Source: Chiloscyllium plagiosum
Taxonomy: Eukaryota
Assembly (NCBI RefSeq): GCF_004010195.1
Contig: NC_057756.1
Span: forward strand, 8,450,456-8,512,922
Length of the DNA stretch: 62,467 nt
Direction: 5' to 3'
In this document: positions 11,780 through 24,780 of the stretch, piece after piece
Layout of the letters: each line of letters starts with the position of its first letter
Position numbering within the stretch: position 1 is the stretch's first letter
Made by a program: the position numbers and the translations under genes
The notes under the pieces: generated by a model
Databases searched by the model: none
Seen by the model: the letters and a program-made list of their open reading frames with translations, nothing else
Told to the model about the DNA's origin: nothing

Positions 11780-14610
11780 AACCCATGATTCCGTGAGTGA
11801 CCCAGAATCTGTTTCCAGACTCCCTTATGATGGGAAACATCCGCTCAGTATTTACCCTGTCAAACTCCTTAAGAATCCTACATGTTACAATGCGATCACC
11901 TCTCATTCTTCCCAAATCCAGTAAGTAGAGACCCAATTTCTTCAGCCTTTTCTTAAAAGATAATCCCTGCAATCCAGGGTTCATCCCAGTCAATTTTCTG
12001 TGAAATGCCCCTGATGAAATGACACATTTCCTTAAATAAAGGGACCAAAACTTCTGTTATTACTCCAGATGTGGCCTGACTCGCACTTTATAAAGTTACT
12101 CTCAGGTATATACTCCAAACAACTCCGTTTAAACTTGCACAGATGTTGTTGGAAATGCTCAGCAGGTCATGCAACATCTGTGAAGAAAAATCAGTTAAAG
12201 TTTAGGGTCTGGTCACCCTTCCTCAGATACGTTAACTCTAATTTCTTTTCACAGATGCTGCTAGACCTGCTGAGCTTTTCCAGAAACTTCTGTTTCTCAT
12301 CCTGGTTGACAGCATCTTCAGTTGTTTCAGTTTTAATATCCTTTAAACTTGCCATCTCTCCTATAGAATTTGTCATTTCCACCTTGGAAAAAAGATTCAT
12401 ATTTGTTTGGTCTCCCCTACCTGTGAAAAAGGAAACCAAGACTAGTCACCCTATCATTGCTCCTCATAATTTTATAAAGTTCGATAAAGCCACCGAAAGT
12501 GTCCAGTGCTGCAGGGAAATGGCCTCAGCCTATTCAGCCTCTCCCGATGGTTCAAATGTTCCAATACTGGCAACACCCAAGTAAAACCTTTCTGAACTCT
12601 TGCAAGTTTCCCAACATCTTTCCTATAGCAGGGAGACTGGAATTGAAAGCAGTCTGGGGATTCCAAAAGTGGCCGAGCCAATAAACTGTACAACTGAAAC
12701 ATGATCTCCCAACTCCTATCCTCACTGCACTGCCCAAAAACAGCTAGCAGACCGCACACCACCTTCACTGACCTGTCTACCTTCAACCACACTTTCAAGG
12801 AACTATCCACCCACACTGCATGGTCTGTTTGTCTGTCAACACTTCCCAGGAACTTATCATTAAGAGGTTGGGTCCTATTCTGGTAACATCTTTCTGAAAT
12901 CAGGGAGACCACAATTGAATGCAGTATTCTAAAACTGGCCTCAACAATGCCCTACTCAGCCACAACGTGACCTCCTAATCCCTATACTCAGTGACAGAAT
13001 CCCTACAGTGTGGAAGCAGGCCTTTCGGCCCATGAGACCATACCAACCATCGGAGCAGTATTCCACCCTAACTCTGTAACCTACCATTACCCAAAGCTAA
13101 ACCAGCTAACCTGCATGTCTTTGGAATTGTGGGAGGAAATTATGAGCACCCAGAGGAAGCCCATGCAGACACACAGGGAGAATGTGCAAACACCACACAG
13201 ACAGTGGAATCGAATCGAATCAGCAGATTCCATTCAATGTTCGTGTCCCAAATGCCACGTTCAGAACCTGATCTCCCTGAAACTCTACTTTCCAAGAACT
13301 ATACAGTTGTTCTGAGCCCTCCAGAGGGAATTAAGGTGAGGAGGAGAAAACAGGAACAGGGTTGAGTTTTAGATCTATAAAATAACTCTCCATCTTCCCC
13401 CTCTGTTCCCCCCGTCTCTCTCGCTCTGTCTGCTTCCCCCCTCCGTCTCCCCCCACTCTGTCCGTCGCTCCCCTCTGTCGGCCTGTTCTATCACCCCACC
13501 CCCGCCGGCCTGTTCCCCTTTTCTGTCAGCCTCCCCCCGTTTCCCCTGTCTGTTCCCCTCCTCTCTAATCCCACTTTCTGTCCCCACCCGTCTCTGTGCC
13601 GCCCTCTCTGTCACCCCGCCTCTTTCCCCAGCCATTTCTGTCTCACCCCTCTCGATCCACTCACCCCCTGTCTGCCTACCCTCCCTCCCAGTCCCCTAGT
13701 TCTGTACTCCCCCACTGCAGGGCAAATATCTTGTCTATTTACCGTATCCATGCCCAACCTGATTTTAAAAATCTCTTTCATGTTACCATTCAGCCTCTGA
13801 CGCTCCAGGGAAAACAGCCTATCCAATCCTGGCAACATGCTATAATTCTTTTCTGATCTCTTTAAAGTTTAAGAACATCCATCCGATAGGAAGGAGAACA
13901 GAATTATACGGAATATTGATTCAGCAACTTTTGCAATGTCCTGTACAGCCGCAATATGACCTCCCAACCCCTATACTCAATGCTCTGACCAATAAAGACA
14001 AGCAGACCAACTGCTGCCTTCACTATCCTATCTACTTGCTACTCTACTGTCAAGGAAATATGAACCTGCACTCCAAGGACTCTTTGTTTAGCAGCACTCC
14101 CCAGGAACTTACTATTAACTGTATAAGTCCTGCTAAAGTTTGCTTTTCCAAAATGCATCAGCTTGCATTTTTCTATGAACTCCTCAGCCCATCACCCATC
14201 TGATCCAGATCCTCTTGTACTCTGAGGTAATCTTTTGCACTGTCTACTACACCTCCCATTTTGGTGTCATCTGCAAACTTACTTAAAATACCTCTTATGT
14301 TCACATCCAAATCATGGATAGAAATAGCGAAAAGTAGTGGATCTAGCACCGATCCTTGTGACACCCCACTGGTCACAGGCCTTCAGCCTGAAAAGCACAC
14401 TCTGCCTTCTACCTTCGGGCCAGTTCTGCACTCCATGCGCTCTAACTTTGCTGACCAGTCTCCCATGAGGAACCTTGTCAAACACGTTACTGAAGTCCAT
14501 GTAGATCATGTCCATGCTCTGACCTCAGCAATCCTCTTTGTTACTTCTTCAAAAAAATTAAGTCAAATTCATGAGAAATTATTTCCCATGCACAAAGCTG
14601 TTCTTAGTAT
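11780..14610 (-). mobile_element. Cluster of CR1 fragments, with a Penelope-type hairpin (12135-12330), an HE1 SINE (12996-13215) and a pyrimidine-rich tract (13380-13690)
   Basis: SGVSQGSVLDPLLF..SKFADDTK; YMDFSNVFDKVPHGRLV; RLKKLGLYLL. Confidence 0.88.
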
Positions 14611-14671
14611 CCAGGATTTAACTCTGTACATTGGGGTCTGCGTTGCCCAATTATAGGTGTTAATATTCTGG

Positions 14672-14740
14672 ATGAAGTTCAAATACGCCAGCATTTTGTC
14701 AGTGACTCTGTATTGAGTCTTGTTAATGTCACCAACACAG
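14672..14740 (+). pseudogene. Broken signal-peptide-like exon
   Basis: ATG..MKFKYASILSVTLY*VLLMSPTQ ending at a strong CAG|gtgagt donor. Restoring one base gives MKFKYASILSVTxVLSLVNVTNT(G) with a phase-1 end typical of leader exons. Confidence 0.3.
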
Positions 14741-15117
14741 GTGAGTTCCTTTTGAAAGGCAGTCCCTGTATCTCCTGCCCACCAGGAAATAATTTAAGTG
14801 TCCTTACCTCTGGACTAGGAGGATCAGGCTCAGAGTTGTGTAAAAGCATCTTTGAAGAGGCTGATTAGTAAACCTGCCCAAGCCACCAGGCCATACTGTT
14901 TCCCAGCTGTCCCTGCCTGAGCCTCCAAACAGAACCTTCCTGTAGTTTCTCTCCTGTCAGACTCTCCCATTGCTCAGTTTGTCCAGGATTCCCTCCTGCT
15001 GCTGCACTGCTCCTGTCCCTCACTGACCTGTCCATCCCCCAGTGTCCTCCACATTCATTCATTGTTCACAATCCCATTGACCCAGTCCTCCAGTCATGCC
15101 CCCTCCAATCTATAGAG

Positions 15118-15388
15118 ACGACTCAGTGGTTAGCACTGCTGCCTCACAGCACCAGGTACCCGGGTTCGATTCCGGCCACGGGCATATGTCTGTGTGGAGT
15201 TTGCACATTCTCCCTGTGTCTGAGCGGGTTTCCTCCCACAATCCAACGATGTGCGGTACAGGTGAATTGGCCATTCTGAATTGTCCATAGTATTAGTTAG
15301 GGGGAATGGTCTGTGTGCGTTACTGTTTGGAGGGTCAATATGGACTTAATTGGCCGAAGGGCCTGTTTCCATACTGTAGGGATTCTGA
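15118..15388 (+). mobile_element. HE1-type SINE
   Basis: ctcagtggttagcactgctgcctcacagc head, B box ggttcgattcc, tail ggccgaagggcctgtttcc. Confidence 0.85.
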
Positions 15389-16423
15389 TATATTGGGCAG
15401 CAGCTGCTGTCAATCACCCGGACTCCTGTATGATCGGGAGCACGTGCCGTAGGAGGGGAGACAAATGCACGGGCGCAGTGCTGGCCAATTGTGGGACTAT
15501 GTGCAGCATAGGTCAGTGCCTGGGAAGGAGGCTGTGGGTGAGGGATTAATCTATCATTAGCAGCTTCATCCCTCTGGGAGCAGGACCCAGGGGAATGGCA
15601 CCTTTCTTGCTAACCTGACATGTGATCAGACTACAGTGGTGCAGCGTTTTGCAGAACGTTATCAGAACTCTTTTGTGAAGATTCAGGGTTGTTATGGAAA
15701 GGGACAAGGATGGGCCTGCAATTAGAATTCTAATTTGGGTCATTTTAGTAAGATGGGTCTTGGCCAGAGTGTGCAGGAAGCAGTGTATGCAGGATGGTTC
15801 TCATCAGGAGTTAGGAAACTGAATTCGAAGAGAGAGTGTGTGAGAACTGGGTGTGGAGGAAAGGAGTGGGGGCGATTTGTTTGGATTTCAGTTCACAGAA
15901 GAGAGAAATTGTGAGACTGAGGTNNNNNNNNNNNNNNNNNNNNNNNNNNNNNNNNNNNNNNNNNNNNNNNNNNNNNNNNNNNNNNNNNNNNNNNNNNNNN
16001 NNNNNNNNNNNNNNNNNNNNNNNNNNNNNNNNNNNNNNNNNNNNNNNNNNNNNNNNNNNNNNNNNNNNNNNNNNNNNNNNNNNNNNNNNNNNNNNNNNNN
16101 NNNNNNNNNNNNNNNNNNNNNNNNNNNNNNNNNNNNNNNNNNNNNNNNNNNNNNNNNNNNNNNNNNNNNNNNNNNNNNNNNNNNNNNNNNNNNNNNNNNN
16201 NNNNNNNNNNNNNNNNNNNNNNNNNNNNNNNNNNNNNNNNNNNNNNNNNNNNNNNNNNNNNNNNNNNNNNNNNNNNNNNNNNNNNNNNNNNNNNNNNNNN
16301 NNNNNNNNNNNNNNNNNNNNNNNNNNNNNNNNNNNNNNNNNNNNNNNNNNNNNNNNNNNNNNNNNNNNNNNNNNNNNNNNNNNNNNNNNNNNNNNNNNNN
16401 NNNNNNNNNNNNNNNNNNNNNNN

Positions 16424-16895
16424 AAAGGTTTCAGAAAAGATTTACAAGGATGTTGCCAGGATTGGAAGATTTGAGCGAAAGGGAGAGGTTGAATGGGTTG
16501 GGGCTACTTGAGGCTGAGGGGTGACCATATAGAGATTTATACAATCATGAGAGACATGGATAGGTTTAACAGACAAGGTTTTTTCCCTGAGGTAGTGGAG
16601 TCCAGAACCGGACGGCCTAGGTTCAGGGTGAGAGGCGAATGATATAAAAGGAACCTAAGTGGCAACGTTTTCAGGTAGAGGGTGATGCGTGAATGCAATG
16701 AACTGCTGGAGGAAGTGGTGGAGGCTGGTACAATTACTGCATCTTAAAGGCATCTGGATGCGTATACAAACAGGAAGGATTGAGCGGGATTTGGGCCAAG
16801 TCCTGGCATATGAGACAAAATTATGTTAGCGCATGTGGGTGGCGTGAATACATTGGACTGAAGGGTCTGTTTCTGTGCTGTACATCTCTATAACT
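16424..16895 (+). mobile_element. CR1 LINE 3' end
   Basis: RFQKRFTRMLPGLEDLS; tail gactgaagggtctgtttctgtgctgtacatctctat. Confidence 0.9.
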
Positions 16896-19352
16896 AAATG
16901 TTTTCAACTATCCATAACCAGCCATACACATCACTGCTTCCCCTGTTTATCTTGGTCAGTTCTCCTCTCAAACACATGTAAATGGCTTTGATTGTGATTG
17001 TAGGGTGTGATTTAGGGTCACTTTAAAAATCCATCATCTCACAGAATTCCACTACACTACAATTTCCCAGAGGATATCTCAGTGTGACATTGCTCCTTCA
17101 CTCAGCTTCTTCACCCAAAGGTCAATCTGAGACAGTCACGTCCCTGGCCATTTGCACAATGTGTTATTCAAAGAAACACTGACACAAACATTCAAAGAGG
17201 AGTTTGGAGCATGTGCCAATGTGACTGTCTCAGCTTATACAAAGATTACAGAATCCCAAAGCGATCACAGTGCCTTTTCATTACACAGGAATTCATTGGA
17301 ATGTGTAACAGGGTTGAGCAATGAAATGCTGTCAGTCAGCCTAAAATCTGTTCTCCTGCTTGTGTTTTTGACATGTGTTACCCAGAATTTGCATTCAGGC
17401 TGATTCAGCTTCATCATCTGAGGCCAAATGCTTTCTCTGCAATCCCTTTGTTACCCATTACTGTCAGGGTTACCCATCCTGCACTCCCATTCTGCCTGAG
17501 ACGCCTCAAGGATGTGTACAATTGAATATTTATGTTCTGCCTTTTTTCTCCTCTAGCCGCATTTTTCTGGTGACTATATCTTATTTGTCTCTGTGTCACA
17601 AGTCCATCTACCTTATTGCAGATTCTTGTCCATTCCAAAAAAATAACATTGTAATTGACTTTTTCCCAGAATGTCCTGTCACAGCATAATTCGCTGATGT
17701 ACAGTTTTCGTTAAACTCTGTCCCTTCCTGTTTCTTCCTTCTTGTCTCCAGCCACATTCCCATGCTGTTCCGATGCGTCACCTTTTCTCTTTGGATTTGG
17801 AAAGCTCCATTCACCTAAACCCTGTCCCTGCATCCTCTCTGTCAGTTTAAAGCCCTGTCCATAAACCCACTGACATAATTTGCCAGTACACTGTTCCCAG
17901 CAGTGTTGTTTTTAATTCATTCATGAAATATTGCTGTTTCTGGCTGGCCAGCATTTCATGCCCACCCCCGAGCTGCCCTTGAACTGAGTGCCTTACGAGA
18001 CAATTAGAGAATGCAGTTCAGAGTCAACCCCATTGCTCTGGGTCTGGATTCATATGTAGGTCAGACCAGCTGCCTATCGCAGAGTTCCTCCCTGAAAGGA
18101 TATTGGAGCATATTACACGCTCCCTATGTGTAATATGCTCCAAACTCGGTAACATGCCCAATCCCAGTAACCTCATCCTGCATTCAGAACAATAATCTCT
18201 ATTTCTGTAGTTTTCCGCAATAACTACAGTCCACCCTGTCTCTGTAAAATCCCTGCCACCGGCATTAAATTCTGGATGAACAGTCTAGTGAGAGTAACAG
18301 TAGGCCATCGCCTGGCCCACTGCTAGCTCCCTCATCTCTGAGTAATGATCCCAGTGCACCATGAATCAAACGCCTTCATCTTGATAGTGGTTTGATCCTG
18401 ATACCTTCCCGCACTCTGGTTCTATCACACAGTCTCTCTCCATGTGGTATCTGTCACTGTGAGGGTCTAATTGCTGCTGGTGACTGCACCTTTTGCAGCT
18501 ACTCCAGATCCTGAGCCACCAGAATTCTCCACTCCAGGGAGACGAGGCAACACAGACCAGCGATGGAGACTGGGGTTTTCCAGATCTCTGTGGTACTCAG
18601 TGCCATTCTCCTTGTGTAACCCTCATTGCATCAATCTAATGTCCCATTCTGTCTATTTCTCCATCTCCTGCATGTATTTAGGATGTTCCTGACCCAATAA
18701 ACATCCCAACTGTTGGGTGTTTCATTCATCATCTCATTGAATGCAATTGGTCAGCCAGAGGGCAGGGAGATCTGGTTTCTTCAATAAATCTTGCAGCGAG
18801 GTAAGATCACTCACAGTGAACAGAGCAGAGCGAATTTAAGAGATCGAAGTTTTGTCCGGAAGAAATGACACAGATACAGTGCTGAAGGGTGAACACAGAG
18901 CATGATGGTCCCAGGCCCAAATCCCACTCTCTTGTTTGCTTTCATCTCTGCTGTACTGAGCCTTCCTCTGACCATATAGGAAGTTGACAGTTATCAATCC
19001 AGGCCTGTGCTGTCTTTGTGAGGATCAGGACAACAGAGGGGAAAGCAGGCCTCCCTTAAGAAGGTGGTATTGAAACCTGGGATCTTTCTGTTCTATATTC
19101 TCCCTCTCACACTGTCTTGTCGTGTGATAGAGTCATACAGCAAGGAGACATGCCTTTCCGTCCAACCCATCTGCGCCAGTGACATGAATGTTTGTAATTC
19201 CCAGAAAAGTTCCTTTTGCTGTAACCTCCACCCCTCCCATAATCCTGCTGTTTGTTTGAAACCTACTCCAATGCTGACGACACTCCCTATGTGTAATATG
19301 CTCCAAACTCGGTAACATGCCCAATCTCAGTAACCTCATCCTGCATTCAGTC

Positions 19353-20472
19353 CAATAATCTCTATTTCTGTAGTTTTCCGCAATAACTACAGTCGACCCT
19401 GTCTCTGTAAAATCCTCCAGCCTGGACCAAAATACCCACCTGTGTACTTTCCCCAAGCCCCAAGAGAACATGGTATCACTGTAACCTTCTGCAGGCCAGA
19501 TCACATTCCTGCCTCCTGGCCTATAGCACCACATGACCTCTGTAACCATCCCCCATCCTGACCGGACTCCTTATCTGTGTAAACACCTCCAGACCCTTTT
19601 CCAACTGCAACAACACTTCCCATCTATGTGTGCTCCTCCCTGTACCTCAAACACCCTCTCTTTGTGTAACTCAGCAGTTTAGGGTGGTTCACTGGTGGAC
19701 ACTGCTGCCTCACAGCACCAGAGACCCAGGTTCAATTCTAGCCTTGGGTGACTGTCTGTATGGAGTTGGCACATTGTCTCCGTGTCTGCATGGGTTTCCT
19801 GCCACAGTCCAAAGATGTGCAGGTCAGATAAATTGGCCATTCTAAACTGACCGAGCGTTAGGTGCATCATTCAGAGGGAANNNNNNNNNNNNNNNNNNNN
19901 NNNNNNNNNNNNNNNNNNNNNNNNNNNNNNNNNNNNNNNNNTACAATAATCTCTATTTCTGTAGTTTTCCGCAATAACTGCAGTCCACCCTGTCTCTGTA
20001 AAATCCTCCAGCCTGGACCAAAATTCCCACCTGTGTACTTTCCCCAAGCCCCAAGAGAACGTGGTATCACTGTAACCTTCTGCAGGCCAGATCACATTCC
20101 TGCCTCCTGGCCTATAGCACCACATGACCTCTGTAACCATCTCCCATCCTGACCGGACTCCTTATCTGTGTAAACACCTCCAGACCCTTTTCCAACTGCA
20201 ACAACACTTCCCAGCTATGTGTGCTCCTCCCTGTACCTCAAACACCCTCTCTTTGTGTAACTCAGCAGTTTAGGGTGATTCACTGGTGGACACTGCTGCC
20301 TCACAGAACCAGAAACCCAGGTTCAATTCTAGCCTTGGGTGACTGTCTGTATGGAGTTGGCACATTCTCTCCGTGTTTGCATGGGTTTCCTCCCACAGTC
20401 CAAAGATGTGCAGGTCCGGTGAATTGGCCATTCTAAACTGGCCAGAGTGTTAGGTGCATCATTCAGAGGGAA
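19353..20472. repeat. ~530-bp direct duplication either side of gap 19881-19941; each copy ends in an HE1 SINE
   Basis: 19353-19880 aligns to 19944-20472 with scattered substitutions; a partial third copy lies at about 18114-18252. Confidence 0.9.
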
Positions 20473-22779
20473 ATGGGTCTGGGTGGATAACTCTTTGGAG
20501 AGTTGGTGTGGAGTGTTGGGCCGAAGTGCTGTTTCCATACTGTAGGGAATCTAATAAAATCTAAACTCTCCCTCTACGTTACATATTAGTGGCCCTAAAA
20601 ATATCCCTCTAACAAGTAAACAACTCCAAATCTCCCAGTGTCTGTAAACTCCGACAGTTCCAACATCCCTCCTTATCGGTGTAACCTGAAACCCTCTCAA
20701 AATGTGGAGAGCCCACAATCCTCCCTTTCTGTGTAATCCTCTCAGGTCCCTGCATTACTCTCAATCTGTAGTACCCAGTCCATTGCCTGTGACTCTCCCG
20801 ATTCAGTTCCTGCAAGACTCACTATCTATGTAACAGTCTCCCATCGCTCTCACCCACCCTGTCAATGTAAGCTCCTCTAGTATCTCCATCCATCTAATCA
20901 TCTCCATAACCTTCTCCAGCGCTTGTAGCCCTTTCTGAGTAAATGTCACCCTCATCTATAACCCTCCCTATGGCAGTTCCACAGATTCATCACCCTCTGG
21001 CTGAATACATTCCTCCAGATCTCCATTCTAAAGGGTCGTTCCTTCACTCTGAAGCCGTGCCCTTGGCCCCTAGTCTCTCTGCCTAGTGAAAGCATCTTGC
21101 CCCCTCCCCCTCCCATCCAATCCATCTAGGCCCCTCAGTATTCTGTAAGTTTGAATGAGATCCTGCCACCGCCGCCTCTGAAACTTCATCAAGTACAGGC
21201 CCAGTTACTTCACCTGCATTTCATCTTGGGCTCTTTCTTGTAAAACTAGTTCTTGTACCCACTCGCATCCTTTGTCCAGACTGTTAATGTATAACAGGTA
21301 CAGCGTGGTCCCAACACTGACCCCTGCGGAGTTCCCCTCATCACCAGTTCCCATCGTGATAACGACCCCTTTATACCTACTCTGTCTTCTGCTAATCAAC
21401 CAATCCTCTATCCACACCAAACATGTTGTTCTGAAACTGAAATTTCATTTCACAAACCCTGCTGGATTTGTTTTCCATCTGGCTTTGAACAAGTAGATAA
21501 AAGGGAGGAATGGTTTGTCAGGATTTTCAGAAACCTTTCAACAAGGTCCCACCGAATAGGTGGATAAGCAATATTAGCAAATGTGGAATTGGAGGGAATG
21601 TACTGGCATGGATTGGGAATTCTTTAACAGAAAACTAAGAAGGAATAAATGGATTATTGCTTGACCCCTAACTAATCACAAATGGATTCGAGGCATTTGA
21701 TGGATGTACATCGTCTGCTTCCATGTTTGTTGCTGACACAGAACGAGATGGGAATGTGGCTTGTGTGGAGGAATCAAAGGAGACATTAACAGTCCATGAG
21801 TTTCCCTTGTACAAATACATTGATGGGATGTGGCCATCACTTGCTTGGCCATCATTACCTTCCAATCTGTAATTACCTGGAGAAAGTGGTGGTGAGCTGC
21901 CTTCCTCACCCATTGCGGTCGTTTGTGTGTAGGGACAGACACAGTGCTGGCAGGATGGAGCATGCTTTTGAGGGCACCTTGGAAATGCTGGTGTTCCCGT
22001 GCAGCTAGAATTCATGTCCTTCCAGGGTATAGTTGCTCTGGGTTTATGAAGTGGTGCTGAAATGGCCTTCCTGAGTGACCTCAGTGCTGCTTGTAGATCT
22101 TTTATTTATTTATTTATTCGTGGTCATGAGCATTGCTGTATGTATTGTTGATTTGGAGTTGTCCCTGAGAAGGTATTGGTGATCTGCCTTCCTGAGCCAC
22201 TGCACCAGACATTGGAACTGTTGTTATCTGTGTACCCTCCAGCAGGCGCTACAACACGCCTCACGTCTGCAAATGCATACAGAAAAAGCAGCTCTCCGTG
22301 GATATGTGACATCCTCCTCTGCCGACAGCTCTTATTGTTCATCAGAATGTCTCACCACTTCCATTCCCATATGTGCTCGTGATCTCTCACATTTCTTTAT
22401 TCTTGTTTAAACTTCTGATCACCTATTACCTCTTCCTTTCTAAATTTGTAACCCCTCAATATCGGTAACTCTCCATATAACTGTATTCAATGACAGCACA
22501 GGTTCCCTTCCTTAAATCTCTCTGAATTACAGCGGCTGGTTGTGCGAAATTGGTACTTTTCATCCTCCATATCCATCTTAGCTCTTCCAGCCCCTGCAAT
22601 CGCACTATTTGGAATGCTCCCATTCTCTGTATCTCCTTATGTCCTGAGGGTCCTTGAACACCACGAGTGCTTCAAACATCGTTAATCCCCCCCACCCCAG
22701 TTACTGCGAGTCTTCTAACTCTGTAACATCCAACAGTCTCCAGTACCTTACAACACTTCCTAACTATCATTACACGTCC

Positions 22780-22950
22780 CTGGGATTACATGTCCCTGGG
22801 AGTCAGAGAAACGGTGAGCCTGTGAGGGAGCAGAGTGGATGGGAGTTGAAGGATTACACGTACCTGGGAGTCACAGAGACGGTGACCCTGTGAGTGCTCA
22901 GAATGGAGTGGGAGCTGGGGGATTACATGTACCTGGGAGTCACAGAGACA
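22780..22950. repeat. Short degenerate tandem repeat
   Basis: Recurrent gattaca(c/t)gt(a)cctgggagtca(c)aga units. Confidence 0.65.
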
Positions 22951-23209
22951 CTTCTCTTTGACGGCGGCCTACCTGCACTGAGATTGAAAGAAGTGCATGA
23001 GACATCACAGAAAAAAGCTGGAGGTCCATTGTTCAATAATAAACTGTTATTAGCAACTGTCTGTAATTACTGTAAGTTAGCAAATTTACTTTTTTAACTG
23101 CTGAAAGAAGGATTGAACACAGAAAAAAAAGTAAAAACGAAGGAAAAGCAATAGTCACAGGGGAGTCAGGAAAGTGAAGATGGTGTCAGCCTGTCTGTAC
23201 TTCCAGGAT

Positions 23210-24780
23210 AGTGGGGTTAAGAATGTCACTGTATCTGCAGGACATTCGTCTGGGGGACAGTGAGGAGTCAAAGGTCATGTCCATGTTGGTAGGAATGACC
23301 TGGGTAGGAAGGGTGAAGTGGTCTGGGAATCAGAATTTATGTAGCTAGGGGAATAGTTAGCAAGCAGGATCTCAGATTTAGAAATCCCTGGAATACGCCC
23401 AGTGCCATGTACAAGTGAGAACAGAACTCGGAGTTTTAGACAGATGAGAGTTTGACTGGAACGATGATGCAGCAGGAAGGGCTTCAGATTCCTGGGACAT
23501 TGGGGCTGGTTCTGGGGAAGGCAGCAACTGTACAAGCTGGATGGGCTAACGTGACAGAGCTGGGACTGAATTTCTCACAGGGTTTTTTAGAGACGGATTG
23601 AAAATAACCTGGTGTGTGCTCAGGATCCAAAAAGGAATAGTAGAGGAGACTACCAGGATTCTCAAAATAATGGGAGATACAGTTGGTACTAAGTTACAAG
23701 AACACGTTTATCAGTGGAAGATGGAGTAAGAAAGAAAGCCTTAATCTGAGGTACTCTGCATGGACATGAATACTCGGAGTGTGGGGAATTCCAGATGCAG
23801 ATTGCTGTGTGGAAATCTGATGTACTGATCACCGAGAGCTGGTTTAACGAATGGCAGGACTTGGTGTTAAATATTGCTGTGTATAAAGGATTCCAAAATG
23901 ATAGAAGGGAAATGAAAGGATGATGGTAGAAGTACTGGTTGAGATTAGCGTTAGTTAAGGAGTCCAAGAGAAAGAGGATCCATCCAAGGACAGAATGAGT
24001 TTGGTGGAGCTACAGAACAAAAAGTATACAGTTACACTGTGAGGTACAGTCTGTCGGCCATCAACCATTGGAAAAAATGGAGAGAATAAATATGCAGGGT
24101 CATTTGAGAGCGATGAAAATACTACAGATTAGTTATATTGAGAAACTTAATTTATCCAGATATTGACTGGGTTGTCGGTGTTGCAGGGTCACGAGGGTGA
24201 CTATCCCTGGATTACATGGAGGAGAGCTCACTGAAGGAGTATGTGTCCAGCCCAAGAGAGCATGTACTGTTGGACCTGATCCTTGGGAAAAGGAGAGGCA
24301 AGTGGATCCTTTGTCAGAAGGGGAAGATTTTGGGTCAGAGTGATCATTTTATTGTGAAGTTCAGGATGATGGTAGAGAATGATATACCAATAATTGAGAG
24401 TGAGAAACATTAGTTGACTGGGAGCAGCCTGCAATGGGGCAAGAATGAAGCTGGGAATTTTTGACTGCAACACCAATTTGGTCAGAAAATGACAAACTGA
24501 ACCATGAGCTCCCTGCAAAGAGGAGATGGTTTGGGTCCAGTCGAGGAATGGTCACTCAAATAGGAAAGGCAGGATTAACAAATCCAATGCTCTCTCGGTG
24601 ACAGTGAAGAACAATAGAATTTGTGTCAGATAGAGGATCGAATTGGGAACCAGGAGGAATATTGGAGGTCCATAGGGAGATGATAGGACAGAAGGGAATT
24701 ATGGGAAAACTGAGAACCACCATGGAGCTGTCTCAGAATCCTCCTGTGGACCCCTCATAATGAACGTGTTAAAAGATTGA
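23210..24780 (+). mobile_element. Old CR1 5' region (ORF1 esterase-like part and endonuclease)
   Basis: gtccatgttggtaggaatgac (VHVG.ND), EGFRFLGHW-like segment, ITESW, LLDLILG, LGQSDH. Confidence 0.8.

Noticed and set aside
18980..19170. RPVLSL...LTLSCRV, Ig-like strand motifs
   Set aside because: In-frame stop, wrong spacing, and it runs into a reversed CR1 tail; no Trp or YxC follows.
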